A stretch of 63,674 bases of DNA, the filler included, from Sphacelaria rigidula (Eukaryota), in the NCBI GenBank assembly GCA_964200075.2. It is 8 parts of 8 records of this genome, joined end to end, with 100 filler letters (N's around TTAATTAATTAA, not from the genome) between each part and the next. Parts side by side here need not be neighbours in the genome. Positions count along the whole stretch, not along the records: positions 31,893 to 39,763 come from CAXNAA020013155.1; positions 39,864 to 47,734 come from CAXNAA020013156.1; positions 47,835 to 55,704 come from CAXNAA020013157.1; 5 more parts are not named here. The stretch is one strand, 5' to 3'. Positions within the stretch are counted from its first letter, which is position 1, and each line of letters begins with the position of its first letter. Of the stretch, positions 37,203-47,903 are shown piece after piece. Both the position numbers and the translations under genes were made by a program. Under the pieces are notes generated by a model. That model ran no database searches. It had not been told where the DNA came from and was given only the letters and a program-made list of their open reading frames with translations.

Positions 37203-39647
37203 GGGGACAAATTCATATTCCAAGGTAAGCTTTCGAGCGAAGGAAGAGACTGTTCGAAAAAAATAATAGAAGGGATATATTGCCCGCTAATCGACGTGAA
37301 GAGCGCCAGGGGCCGCCGCATCGGAAGCATGGAGTCTGATGCAACGGTGCCGTTTACCCCTCCCACTTCGATTGCTTTCGGTTGGTAGTTCGGACACTTG
37401 AATACTGGGAAGTCGCAATCAGGCGAGCGAACTCCTACGTAAGCGCACGCGAGAACGCGGCAACGTTCCGTTAAGGACAACCGAAAGGCTCATCAAACTG
37501 TTAACGGCAACACGGGTAGCGAGGATGGAAAATTCGAACGCCGTAAACATGAGACTGCGAGAACGCATTTTTTAGCTTCAACTAGGAGTCCACTATCGCT
37601 GGAAATTTCCGCAATCATGAAGTTGATGCAATACCTGGACATGAGGTTGCAAGAGGGCCTTCATGACCGGGACGATGGACCGGACGAGCTGGTGATACTC
37701 CCTCAACGCGTGCTTCAGGTTGTTGTAGTAAGTCTTAAACCGATCCTCCTGTCACATGGGGAGCAAGGATGTATATTTGTGAAGGAACATGAAGGGCCGC
37801 GTTGACAATAGAACGACTCGAGGTGTCCGATTGTCGCCTTACTTCTTGATGTTACACCAAGGAAACGCAGTCCAGGCAAAAGCTCTAACCTTGCAGCCTG
37901 GATGACCGTTTATTTCCGATATCCGGAAGGAACGAGACCATCATCGCTGAGTCAAAGCTATATACCGAGTGAAATCGAGAAGGAAAGCGGTAAATTAAGG
38001 TTAAGGTCTCCGTCTTTTGATTAGTAGAAGTATTCCTGACAGAAGCGAACGCGGTAGACAGGCACCCACCAGCCTGCACGGTTTGACCAACATCACAAAC
38101 ATTCGAGCAAACGCTTGCGGTCCGCACGTCAAATCCGTGGGTCTATACTTCGCAGCAGTAACCGCATCTCAGTACAGGACACGCAGAAACGCGTTCGCCC
38201 GAGAGGCAGGCTTTTTGTTCGGCTGCTGCCGCTCTCTTCCGAGTTGCTCGTCCCTCCTTGACTTTGGTGATAGTACCTGGAGCAGCACCATCTTAGCGCC
38301 CTCCGGAATGCTCACGCCCATCCGGGTGAGGCACTTCGCCTCCCTGCAGTATACAGCGGACACGGTAAAAAATAGGAACAATAACGAAGCGAAAATACCG
38401 TGCTTGCGATCGAGCAAAATAAACATTTTGGAAAGCCGGTTAGCAATGTAGTGCAGGATGGACGGGTGACTCTGGCTCTTGAAGATGGCGACTCAACAAC
38501 CACCATTTTCATTTTTGTTTAATTTGACGGTGTACAACGAACGATGCGCCCATTAGCGCCTCAATCATAGCCTACCGGGAAGGAGGTTTGCACACGAATC
38601 GTACATTTATATTTCATAGCAAGAAACCTTCAGCGTCCGATGCCTGGAACTGAAGGTAGCGACTGGATTCTTTCCTACGCACTACCTGATGAGCTGAAGA
38701 ATCTCCGGATCGAAGTTCACGTAAAGGCGCCCCGATGAAGGGTGTCGTATGATGAGGGTTGCCGTGAGGCCACCCCGAGCCACCTCCACAGCCTTGCACC
38801 AGGCCTCGTACCACATGTACTCGAACGCCACGAGGGTTCGAGCGACCTATTTTATCGCGAGATGGTGAGCACGGGGAAAGTTACAATAGTACGGAGGAGA
38901 ACACGTATCGGGCAGCTGGGCAGTACTGAGATTGCCAGGGATCATTTCTATCCCGTAGTCATTTTGATGGCGCCAAGTTTGATCCACTTTCGCGGCGTGT
39001 TGCCAGATTCATATAATATTTCCAGCGTTCAGTCAAAGTTTGGTGAGGTGTGTAAGGATTTCGGACTGTTGTTGTTATTGCTGTTGTTGCTGTTGTTGTT
39101 GTTGTTGTCTTCATATTAATAACCGCTCCGATATTCACGCAGTACTCCGCACCGGGCATCTGATGCGGACGCCTTCCGTGGTCACAGCGTCAGTACGCTA
39201 AACCTGACAATATCGGTATATCGGCATACTGCACAGCTAAGTATGGACTTCTTTACGATCATTCGCCAGAGACTAGGAGGGCACCGCCGCTCAACCCTAC
39301 AACGAAAATATGATCACCGAATACAGGGCAATTTGTGCGCCGTCTCTTTGCATTCAGACCATCACACCCCCGCCTTAAGAGTGAAATGCAACGTAGCAAT
39401 TATGCACCCAATCCTTGTGTGAGCCACAGTGGGTGAGTGCTTGGATGTACATATTCGGCGCCCAGAAACACATACAAGGCCACTTGTATACTCGTAAGTT
39501 ATGTGGCCATTCTGCTTCCATCAGTTGCTGACATCATGGCGCTATTACATGGGCCTTTTCCATTTGCCTTGTTGTATGTCTTGATAAGCTTCCGAGAGTC
39601 CTTGGATTGAAGCACCCCCGGGTACGCGTGAAAACGTTCCATCGGGC
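33082..39647 (-). CDS. DNAH5: Axonemal outer-arm dynein heavy chain, gamma type (DNAH5/DNAH8, Chlamydomonas ODA2-like), N-terminal tail region, 7 internal exons
   Basis: Exons 39568-39647, 38686-38846, 38277-38343, 37635-37748, 36534-36731, 34656-34745 and 33082-33264 splice in frame to PMERF..KLIKTYNK|VARTLVAFEYMWYEAW..GLTATLIIRHP..LYVNFDPEILQLIR|EAKCLTRMG..LLQ|EDRFK..LLQPHVQ|AVEQRLRPGWTVLTWTSMNID..NDIVDNRI..LVDMPK|DRTVTLDDFV..KNKE|VEMAVEDLI..HYNGLMYRAILSCTKTSLNVIKQRVCSK. Confidence 0.93.
34656..34745 (-). CDS. DNAH5: Dynein HC exon (90 nt)
   Basis: cacag|GATCGG ... AAAGAG|gttagt. Confidence 0.9.
36534..36731 (-). CDS. DNAH5: Dynein HC exon (198 nt)
   Basis: ttcag|GCTGTC ... CCCAAG|gtgagt; contains LTWTSMNID. 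Confidence 0.93.
36830..37202 (+). mobile_element. SINE with decayed tRNA-like head and (CAA)n tail, intronic
   Basis: Starts G.CCGCCCCGGTGGC like the other SINE heads. The body is the reverse complement of 21790-21990. Ends in CAC/CAA/CAG triplets (~37125-37202). Confidence 0.75.
37635..37748 (-). CDS. DNAH5: Dynein HC exon (114 nt)
   Basis: gacag|GAGGAT ... GTCCAG|gtattg. Confidence 0.9.
38277..38343 (-). CDS. DNAH5: Dynein HC exon (67 nt)
   Basis: tgcag|GGAGGC ... CTCCAG|gtacta. Confidence 0.9.
38686..38846 (-). CDS. DNAH5: Dynein HC exon (161 nt)
   Basis: aatag|GTCGCT ... CATCAG|gtagtg. Confidence 0.93.
39568..39647 (-). CDS. DNAH5: Dynein HC exon (80 nt) with GC donor
   Basis: ctcag|GCCCGATG ... 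AACAAG|gcaaat. Confidence 0.85.
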
Positions 39648-39763
39648 CTGAGTTATCGCGGAAGAGAGGACAGACGCGGGGGGGGGGGGGGCATTTAATT
39701 TAGAAAAACATCACGACATGAAGAGAAATATTGACGATTTTTTTCCCCCCAAACACAATTGAT

Positions 39764-39863
39764 NNNNNNNNNNNNNNNNNNNNNNNNNNNNNNNNNNNNN
39801 NNNNNNNTTAATTAATTAANNNNNNNNNNNNNNNNNNNNNNNNNNNNNNNNNNNNNNNNNNNN
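39764..39863. other. Artificial contig spacer
   Basis: N44-TTAATTAATTAA-N44. Confidence 0.99.
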
Positions 39864-40014
39864 ATAATAATCATAATAATCATAATAATCATAATAATCA
39901 TAATAATCATAATAATCATAATAATCATAATAATCATAATAATCATAATAATCATAATAATCATAATAATCATAATAATCATAATCATCATAATCATCAT
40001 AATCATAATAATAA
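39864..40014. repeat. (ATAATAATC)n microsatellite at contig start
   Basis: Direct 9-bp tandem repeat that decays into ATC/ATA triplets. Confidence 0.97.
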
Positions 40015-40550
40015 TTTTGAGGAGGGCGAAGGGGGGAGGGTGGGGGTGTACTCATGATCATGCATGCCATAGTCATGAGACCATTGACCTCGCATCCCTA
40101 CAAAGCGGGGACGGAGCACGCCGGGTTTTCGCTTGACTAGGCTTGCAATCACGAAGCCCGGGGTGCATTGATGTGTTCGGCGAGTCGCGTGAGGGGTGAC
40201 CGGCACCCTGCCAAGATTGTTCGGCTCCAAGAGGACTAAATATCCCACGTAAGAATGACAGCATCGAATAAGTTGCTTCAGTTTTTGGTATCGCCACTTG
40301 CAGAGACAGCAACGGGTTACGCACTGGTTCCTCACCGTTCAAACACCGCATAGGATAGTTCGATCATCTCCCTTGCGCGGAGTTGTTCTCCGCATCGCAC
40401 ACTGGATCTAACTCGACCACTGGCTACCGCAAAAGAGATTAAACCGAGAGAAAAACTGTAACTTAGTTACCTAGGCTTAAACAGAGAGTGGCGTGTTTTG
40501 CAGCCCATTACTTCTTCGCGATGAAAAAAATATGGAAGATTCGCTCACCA

Positions 40551-40586
<36 letters not shown>

Positions 40587-40588
<2 letters not shown>

Positions 40589-41093
40589 GAGTTGTGCCGG
40601 TCAGCAAATCCTTCCGCACGCCGTTCCCCTTCTCGCGCTGCACCTTCGGCCGCGACAGCAGCTGCATCTCCTGGATCATCTCCGCGTGGGGGCCGGCCTT
40701 CGTCTGGTACGGATGCGACATCTTGAGAACGCCAACACCGCCTACACCAGCACCGCCACCACCACTCGCGCCCGCACTGGTACCACCATTCCCACCGGCA
40801 CCTGCACTGACACCACCATTCCCATCGGCACCGCTATCACCTCCAGAAGCAGAGGCAGCCGCCGCCGAGCTGGCGGCCGCCGCTGCTGCTGCTGCCGCGA
40901 TGGCGGCGGCCATCTTGGAAGACGGACGCTTTGAAGACTTGGCACGCGCGGATGTGGTAGCCGTCGACGCAGCCGTCGCCGCAGCAGCTTGCGCTGCGGC
41001 TGCGGCTGCGGCTGCGGCTGCGGCTGCGACAGCTTCTGGAGTGCCGGCTTCGGCGGCGGCGGGCGATAGTGGCGGCGCTCCTGCCGGCCGTGC
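40587..41093 (-). CDS. PHD/bromo gene exon, Ala/Gly-rich (507 nt)
   Basis: ctgcag|GCACGG ... ACTCAG|gtgtgt; open for 169 codons. Confidence 0.75.
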
Positions 41094-42854
41094 CTGCAGA
41101 CTATCCCACAACCCCATTGTGACCCGAAAGTAGTTGCGTGCTAGGTTGTGGTACTTTCATGGTTTTGTCAGGAAGGATACCGATGGGAAAATGGTGGACC
41201 GATGAGGGAGTACGCAACGAGAGGTGGGAGGAAAGGATACGGAATGGGGTGGGGGGTTACTCATGGTCTCAGAATTTCAGCGTCGGACACCAGATTCACT
41301 CAAACCGACCACTGAATCTGTCGACGTTTGGGCCCGCAACCCTCCGCCCCAACTCTGATACCTGGATCAGGTTTTCTTCCCGCCACACGCTCAGGAAATC
41401 CACATCTTCTGCAGTGTCCGATAACGACGAATACTTGCAGTTCACGTGGTAATTCTGCCACAGTTTAAAATCCCAGACGGTAGACGAATCAACAAATGCT
41501 GCCACTTATATTCCTCCTACGCAAAATAGAATCACCTCTCCCGGCGGACGGTTGAACATGAGCGCGTTCTTCGCCATAAGCTCGCAGTCGTTGCGCATCT
41601 CCTGAAGACAGCTGTATGCACCGGCCTTGACCTTAGCCCCCATGGTCTTCAAGTCCATTGGCTCTTTCACGATCTTTGTACATACAAGTGCGAACCCAAA
41701 ACACGAAGCACGTGCAAAGAAAATGACCCATCTCAATAACACCATGCCTTCTGACAAAGGCAGACTCAAAATTGCAGAGGACATGAATATAAGACACAGT
41801 CGGACAGTGAGTGTGACTTATCCTACCCGGACGGTGGGTGGGTGTAGGTTGTAGCTTCTCACTCGCTGGAAAGGGCACGGAGTGTGCGGAGCCGCGACGT
41901 GGACTTAAACAGGACGGACTTTGCAAGTCAGGGTTTGGGTTGAGACACAGATTGACGGAGTAGGGAATGCGTCGACGGGGAAGCATCCCGACACGGGAGA
42001 ATGACGATCCCAGACTGGGGATTGGATGATGACAGTCCCAGGGTGACAGGCCCGGGAAGACGGTCCGGGTTAACTAGACCGGGGTTATTAGTAGGCGGGT
42101 CGGGTCATACAGAGGTCCTAATGACATGAAGTTCTATGAGCTTCCACGTTGGATAAAACACCCCGTACTTGTGTAGTATATGCCCTACGTGAATTTTACA
42201 CGACCACCGTGGACAAGTCTCCGGCGCAAAATGACCCATATCGGGGCCATGGTAGACGGGGGCGGAAGAACGGCAATTTTGCGAGGCGAAACGCTCTGTA
42301 AACCGTTTCACACGATGCTTTGGGATCTGATCCGATTTGCACAACGTCCCTACGAAGGGGATCGGGCACCGCAAGACTTTCGAACAATCATAGTGAGCAA
42401 AGCGATCTGGGGGTGTGTCCTCGACGTCTTCGCGGGAATGCGGACCAACGGAAATCTGCGCGTACTTCTAACGGTACACTGAAATCGAGTCAAAATAAAA
42501 ATGTCCGTGTTTCCACCGCCGTCTGTACTAAAACGGCCCTTAATGCCAGTCATGTGTCGACCGCGCGTTTGAATAAAAAGGCATAATAAGATGGTGACAA
42601 AAGCAAGGCAAACGTCCTACCGTGCAAGCAAGATACACGCAGGCTTTAGATGTATCACGCGTGCACAAGATTATGTTAACGAGCACGTACCGAACGGACG
42701 TGCAAACATCACGACGCATACTACTGATACTGTTTTAAACAACTTGTTCCGAAACACTCACCGTGAAATAGTTGATAGCGATGGCAGTGGTGACCGGCTG
42801 TGCGAACATCCCCATCACGTCGGCTCGCTAGAAAAAGACAAGAAATCAGGAAGG

Positions 42855-42895
<41 letters not shown>

Positions 42896-45800
42896 AAATA
42901 CGGCCGCAGCAAAGAGCGGCAGCAACAGCCACAAAAAAAACGTACCAAAAAAAAACAAGGAGTGTGGGGCAAAAAAAATACAGGTAGATGAGCTACTACT
43001 CGAAAAAAAACACATGGGAAATGGAGGACAGACAAAAACCAACGCAACAAATGGCGCTGTTTGCGAAAATTCACACGATGAAAAAAAAAAACGCAACCGC
43101 TACGAGAACAACAAGTCAAGCTTAATTTTTTCACCAAAGATGCACATTTTTTGTTCAACACCGCCATACATTATTCGAACTTCTTCTTTTAATAATATGA
43201 ACTAAAAAACAGTAACTATATGCCACTGGTATATGCAGTTGGACAATGACCAACAGAGGTATGGGCCGATGAATACCACTCGAGAAAATAAATTCTTCAC
43301 CTCGCGCGAAAAACATGCTGATTAACGTAAACCGCAGCCATGAAGCATAGTCCGACTGCCATGGCTAAAGTGATGCCACGGATATCACATCTGCACAAGC
43401 ATCTCTCGTCTCACCTGTAGCTCTCGTAGCATGTGCGCCATAGCTCGGTCTCTACAGACGGGGCAAAGGTACTCGCCCCCAAATTTGGGGTGTGTCCCGG
43501 CAACGATCGTCTGGTATTCCTTCTGTTTTCGAGCGACGTCAGAAAAAGTATATGCGTTCACGGTTGATACGCAAGTTCTCAACAGCGAAAAAAATGAAAA
43601 CAGTACTGGTCAGTATACGTGGGTGATGGCGCCCACACACAGCGGAAGCTATAGGCGTCCAGAATACATGGGACCAGAATACACACACATAGATATCCCA
43701 CCGTACCATATCATACGCGTGCACATACTATCCATACATATTATATCGATGCTCTCATACAAATACATGTGTGTGACACCACACACTTAAACGAAAGATG
43801 ACCCATGTCCAACACACCTATTTGGCACGCAGAGGCACACCCTGATTTCATCTCACCATTATTCGCAAAATTTACATCAATATTGAAACATGACCACGGA
43901 TCACAACATCACATTGGATCACGACAGCAGCAGAAAAAACAACACCGGGCAATGACTCCGTTTGCATCACTGTCGATTACGCCAAGACTAATCCCTTACA
44001 AGCTTTCAAAATGCCTCCTTACGCATGGGCATATATATATATATATATACATGCTCATGTGCATTTTTCTAATCCCGAGTGCGGTTAGTGTAGGCATATC
44101 CTTCCTAGCATCCTGCGGTAGGCACATCGAGAGAAACGAAGCCTCATCACGACAGAAACAACAAAGATGAAATACATTCACCACACAAACGTACCTCAGC
44201 TTCCACCCCTTCGCAAGCCGCGTGCACCCAGAATTCGCACGCAGAACAGCCCAGAGCCATGGCATCATCATCCTTTCCGTCCATCCACACCACTCCACAC
44301 TTGGGGCAGTAGCTACGGCAGGTGTACTTCTCCATGCACGGGGTACACAGCCAAACCTGCGGTGGACAACGACAATTGCAAGTATAATTAATACATTACC
44401 GTTCGGACGAATCATCGCCGATTCAAATCACCAAATCCATGGTTTCTTAGGCATGATTGCTCGAAAAAGGGAAAAAAAAGTCAACCGCTGGTCAAACAGG
44501 TCTCCACGCGACTTTTGCGCCATTCCACGTGCCTGGGCTACGCGTACCTGGGCTGTAACGCTGAAAACAAAGCCCAAGGATTGATTCGTACGGTACGAAT
44601 CAATTACACCAAAATCAAGTAATTTCTGGACAAACCATTCATTTGTCCGACCCTTGTAATAAATCAAATTCATAGTGAAAGATCCATAGTAAATTAATTC
44701 ATCCGTGAATCATAATCTCCGGCACAAGATTCCGGCAGAAGAGACCATTACACAGAGGTGAGTTATAGCAAAACAAAATATGAAAAAAAGAGCCAAGACG
44801 TGGGATGAAACACAGACGATAGGATGGTACTCCGAAGTTGACATGCAACAAATCCAATCTCGAGACAAAAGAAAAAAACTGGGAGGATCCAGCGGCAACC
44901 AAAACACAGAAAAAATGCACCCCATATCCATCCATGAATCATGACTCGTACAAGGGTAAGGCCACCATACCCCGATGGCTTGTACATATCTCAGGGGGGG
45001 AGATTACAGTGACGAGAACTACACAGGAAGAGCGGGCGAAATGGTGGTGAAGAAAATGAATCCAAGGAGGAAGAATGACGAAAATGAAAATAATGGGATT
45101 TTACCTTCTCGTTGCCCCCAGGGATGGGCTCCGATCCCTCCGGTGCGTCGAGATATGCATGGTGAACCTTGCTCTTCTCTGTGCACGAGAGCGCATGTCC
45201 ACCGTCTTCAAGTTGATTACCCCTTCCGCAACCCAAGCACTCTTGGCAAGAGTCACACGTCCACTCATGATCCTTTTGGGAATAAAACGAAAGCTGTGCG
45301 GAGCCGACGCAGCATAAAGGGATGAAGGGGGGGGACGGGGCTCGGGATATCGACAAATGCGATTTTCCCCGAAATCGGATACCAACTCGAGTTCAAAATG
45401 GTGTCGAAAAGCTCCTTGGTTTCAGTTCGCCACCCCTCACCTCGGTCGCCCTTCACCCGCTGGACAATGGATTACATGTAAAAAAATGTGCTGCGTACAG
45501 TATCGAATGTATCGTATTTTGGAATAGACTCAGTATTCAATACTCTGTGAAATACACTTCTAGACGATGTAGTCTTCAGTCCAGGGTGCGTCGCCCTCAT
45601 GAACCTTTCGATCCAGAGGAAAGAAAGTACGACGGCAAATGGTACAGTCAGGAAGACGGAAACAACCTGTGTTAGAGGCCCATTGGGTACAGGTGCAGTC
45701 AAACTTTGACCTTGGAAGAAATAAAGCGATTTCGGAACAGCAGTTTCGGTACAGAGGCAGAAGTAACTGTAGAAACAAAATACAGGAGGGGGGTGTATAC

Positions 45801-47569
45801 GTTCTCGAGACCGTTCTCAGCTCAGCGTCGTCTTGAGTTTGTAGTTTTCTTTCATTTCTTGTTTTTTTTTTCCCTTTAATTCCATTTTATGTTCTCCTAC
45901 GCGGGCTTCCTGTCAGCAAGGGGCTTTGGTTGAATTGTCTCTCGTACGTCCATTACGTGACTTTGGTTGGGTTCGCAGCGGATCAGTTGATGTGACGTGA
46001 GATAAGCAACCCCAGTGAGTAAAATAGCAATTTATCAACCAATCGATCGCTACATCCACGTACCTCCTTGGCGGACATGGGAGGGTCCAAGCAGGCAGGG
46101 TGGTGCGGCTCCTTGCATCGACAACAGATGAGCGCCTGATCCTTATCCCACGCCGACATGCACATCATGCACGGCCGACAGGACGCCCCATTCCTACGAG
46201 TCACCAGCCCAGTATCGTCATCACTCTCGCTACTGCTGCTGCTGTTCTCGCTTCCGTCCGCACGCTTGCCCCTGAGATCTCCTCGCCGACGCCTAACTCT
46301 ACCACTCCCCACCACACCGTCAGCGGACGCCACCACTGATGCCGCTGTCTCAACTGCCGTTGACCCGGCAACACCACTACCCGTCGCACCCGCCGCTGCC
46401 GGAGCTGCAGCCCCCGCCGAAGCTCCTCCCTTGTCCGATACTTGTGCCGAGGTGCTTTTATCTGCCGGTGCTGTTGCTGCTGCAGATGGCGCGGCGTCGA
46501 GGGATGATGGCGCCCCAACTCCAGTTCCACCCAGTGGCGACGCCGTAGCCACCACTGAATCGACCAACCGCGATAAGACTTCCGTTACAGTGCCGGACCG
46601 GCCACTTTCGCTTACGCTTTCGGCCGCTGCTGCAACCGTCGCCCCTGATACGTTCGTGTGACTCTCTTCACTTGCATCACCCACAGCTGCGGAACCCTGG
46701 TCGGTCGCCGTTGCTACCCCGTTCGTTTTTTCACCGCCGATGCCCGCCCGTGCACTCCCTGCGTTGTTTGCCCCACCATTCACCGTACCCCCACTTTGCG
46801 GGGGCGGCGGCAACGAGTGGGGACCGGACTTCGTTGCCTGTGTGCTGCTGGAAGAAGGAAGGGATGACGATAAACTGCTCGCAGCAGCTTCGGCAGAGAC
46901 CGACCGGATGTTCTTCCTCTCGATGCCTGCGTCTACATCCATACCGTCGACACCACCGCCGCCGACGCTACCGCCACCACCACCTGAAGCAGAGGACGAT
47001 CTCGCGACGGACTTTGCACCACCGGGAGAGGGCGTAGGAGCATCCTTCGTTCCCTTTGACTGTGAATCCGACTGTGAATCCGACTGTGGAGGAGACGACC
47101 GTTTTACGACGACATCGATGATACACCCCAGAGCTTCCCTTACAGCTTTCCCATCAGTACCAGTAAGGGACTGTTGATTTTCGCCATTTGACGCCCCGCT
47201 GTCACCGCTTCCACCGCCGCCGCCACTGCCACCAACGTCGCCTGTCGGCTCCGCGGGCTTCTCCCCTGCCGCCGCTGCTAACGCCGCCAATCCTGCCAAC
47301 CCTTCGGCCGCCCGCGCCTTCCCTGAATTGGTCGCTGCCGCGGGCGTGCAACCTGCTCCGTTTATCGCTGCGCCCGCCGCAGCTCCCGCCGCAGCCACTG
47401 CCGCCGCCACAGCCGGTGACCTTGCCGGGCTAGTGGACGGAGAGTGTTGTTGCTGCTGCTGCTGCTGCGAACTGGGCGAGGACACAACCATCGGGTGAAA
47501 GTCGAGCGGGATGCAACGCGTGCTGCTCCGCGAGCCCACGCCTGGAATATTCGTTTGGAACGGAAACAT
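40587..47569 (-). CDS. Multi-PHD-finger and bromodomain chromatin protein, KMT2/trithorax-like architecture (partial; no SET domain in window)
   Basis: Phase-0 exons 46064-47569 (start could instead be ATG 47491), 45105-45272, 44195-44356, 43415-43522, 42762-42827, 41536-41673, 41362-41454 and 40587-41093. PHD CMMC..LICCRCKEPHHPACL..|DHEWTCDSC; WLCTPC..YCPKC..GCSACEFWVHAACEG..|..YLCPVC; bromodomain DVMGMFAQPV..NYFT|IVKEPMDLKTM..Y..DCELMAKNALMFN. Confidence 0.88.
41362..41454 (-). CDS. PHD/bromo gene exon (93 nt, tentative)
   Basis: ggcag|AATTAC ... ATCCAG|gtatca; phase 0-0, open. Confidence 0.55.
41536..41673 (-). CDS. Bromodomain exon (138 nt)
   Basis: caaag|ATCGTG ... GGAGAG|gtgatt; PMDL and NALMFN motifs. 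Confidence 0.9.
42762..42827 (-). CDS. Bromodomain ZA-loop exon (66 nt)
   Basis: tctag|CGAGCC ... TTCACG|gtgagt; RADVMGMFAQPVTTAIAINYFT. Confidence 0.88.
43415..43522 (-). CDS. PHD end / linker exon (108 or 105 nt)
   Basis: aacag|AAG|GAATAC ... CTACAG|gtgaga; YLCPVCR. Confidence 0.85.
44195..44356 (-). CDS. PHD finger exon (162 nt)
   Basis: cgcag|GTTTGG ... GCTGAG|gtacgt. Confidence 0.9.
45105..45272 (-). CDS. PHD finger exon (168 nt)
   Basis: aaaag|GATCAT ... GAGAAG|gtaaaa; WTCDSCQECLGCG. Confidence 0.85.
46064..47569 (-). CDS. Large Ser/Ala/Gly-rich exon ending in the first PHD finger
   Basis: ~500 open codons ending ...HPACLDPPMSAKE|gtacgt. Confidence 0.85.
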
Positions 47570-47734
47570 GGACGATCCGTTCTGCGAAACGGTGGAAAGC
47601 GGGAGCAGCGGGAGTTGTGATGACAGGGGGTACGAGGGGGGGGGGGGGGGGGGGGGTTTTAAGGGGGTGAGGGGAACAGAAATAAGGGGTGGTTTATTTC
47701 CCCCTTTTAAACCATGCCCCCCCCTACTAAAAAA

Positions 47735-47834
47735 NNNNNNNNNNNNNNNNNNNNNNNNNNNNNNNNNNNNNNNNNNNNTTAATTAATTAANNNNNNNNNN
47801 NNNNNNNNNNNNNNNNNNNNNNNNNNNNNNNNNN
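47735..47834. other. Artificial contig spacer
   Basis: N44-TTAATTAATTAA-N44. Confidence 0.99.
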
Positions 47835-47903
47835 CGGGAATCGAACCCCACAACTCAACCGTCAGAAGGTTACGAGGTTACCAACTGAGCCACCGGGGCG
47901 ACC
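47835..47903 (-). mobile_element. tRNA-derived SINE head, cut by contig end
   Basis: GGTCGCCCCGG, A-box TGGCTCAGTTGG, B-box GGTTCGATTCCC. Homologous to 19889-19955. Confidence 0.8.

Noticed and set aside
36755..37480. 241-aa poly-Cys ORF and overlapping poly-Thr/Leu ORFs
   Set aside because: They arise from a SINE and its (CAA)n tail inside a dynein intron.
39812..40076. Tyr/Asp-rich or Ile/Met-rich ORFs
   Set aside because: They are translations of the (ATAATAATC)n microsatellite running into Ns.
40336..40423. Further exon of the PHD/bromo gene with donor CG|gtgagg
   Set aside because: The phase-0 readings from nearby AG acceptors hit stops, and the open frame does not match the upstream phase. 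It could be a terminal exon but is unsupported.
46100..47433. Several plus-strand ORFs opposite the large exon
   Set aside because: Antisense shadows of a GC-rich low-complexity coding exon.
31893..47734. Dynein gene and PHD/bromo gene as neighbours or a functional cluster
   Set aside because: They are on separate contigs joined by an artificial spacer.
47835..47903. tRNA gene
   Set aside because: A and B boxes are present but there is no proper anticodon arm, and diverged copies elsewhere continue into SINE bodies.
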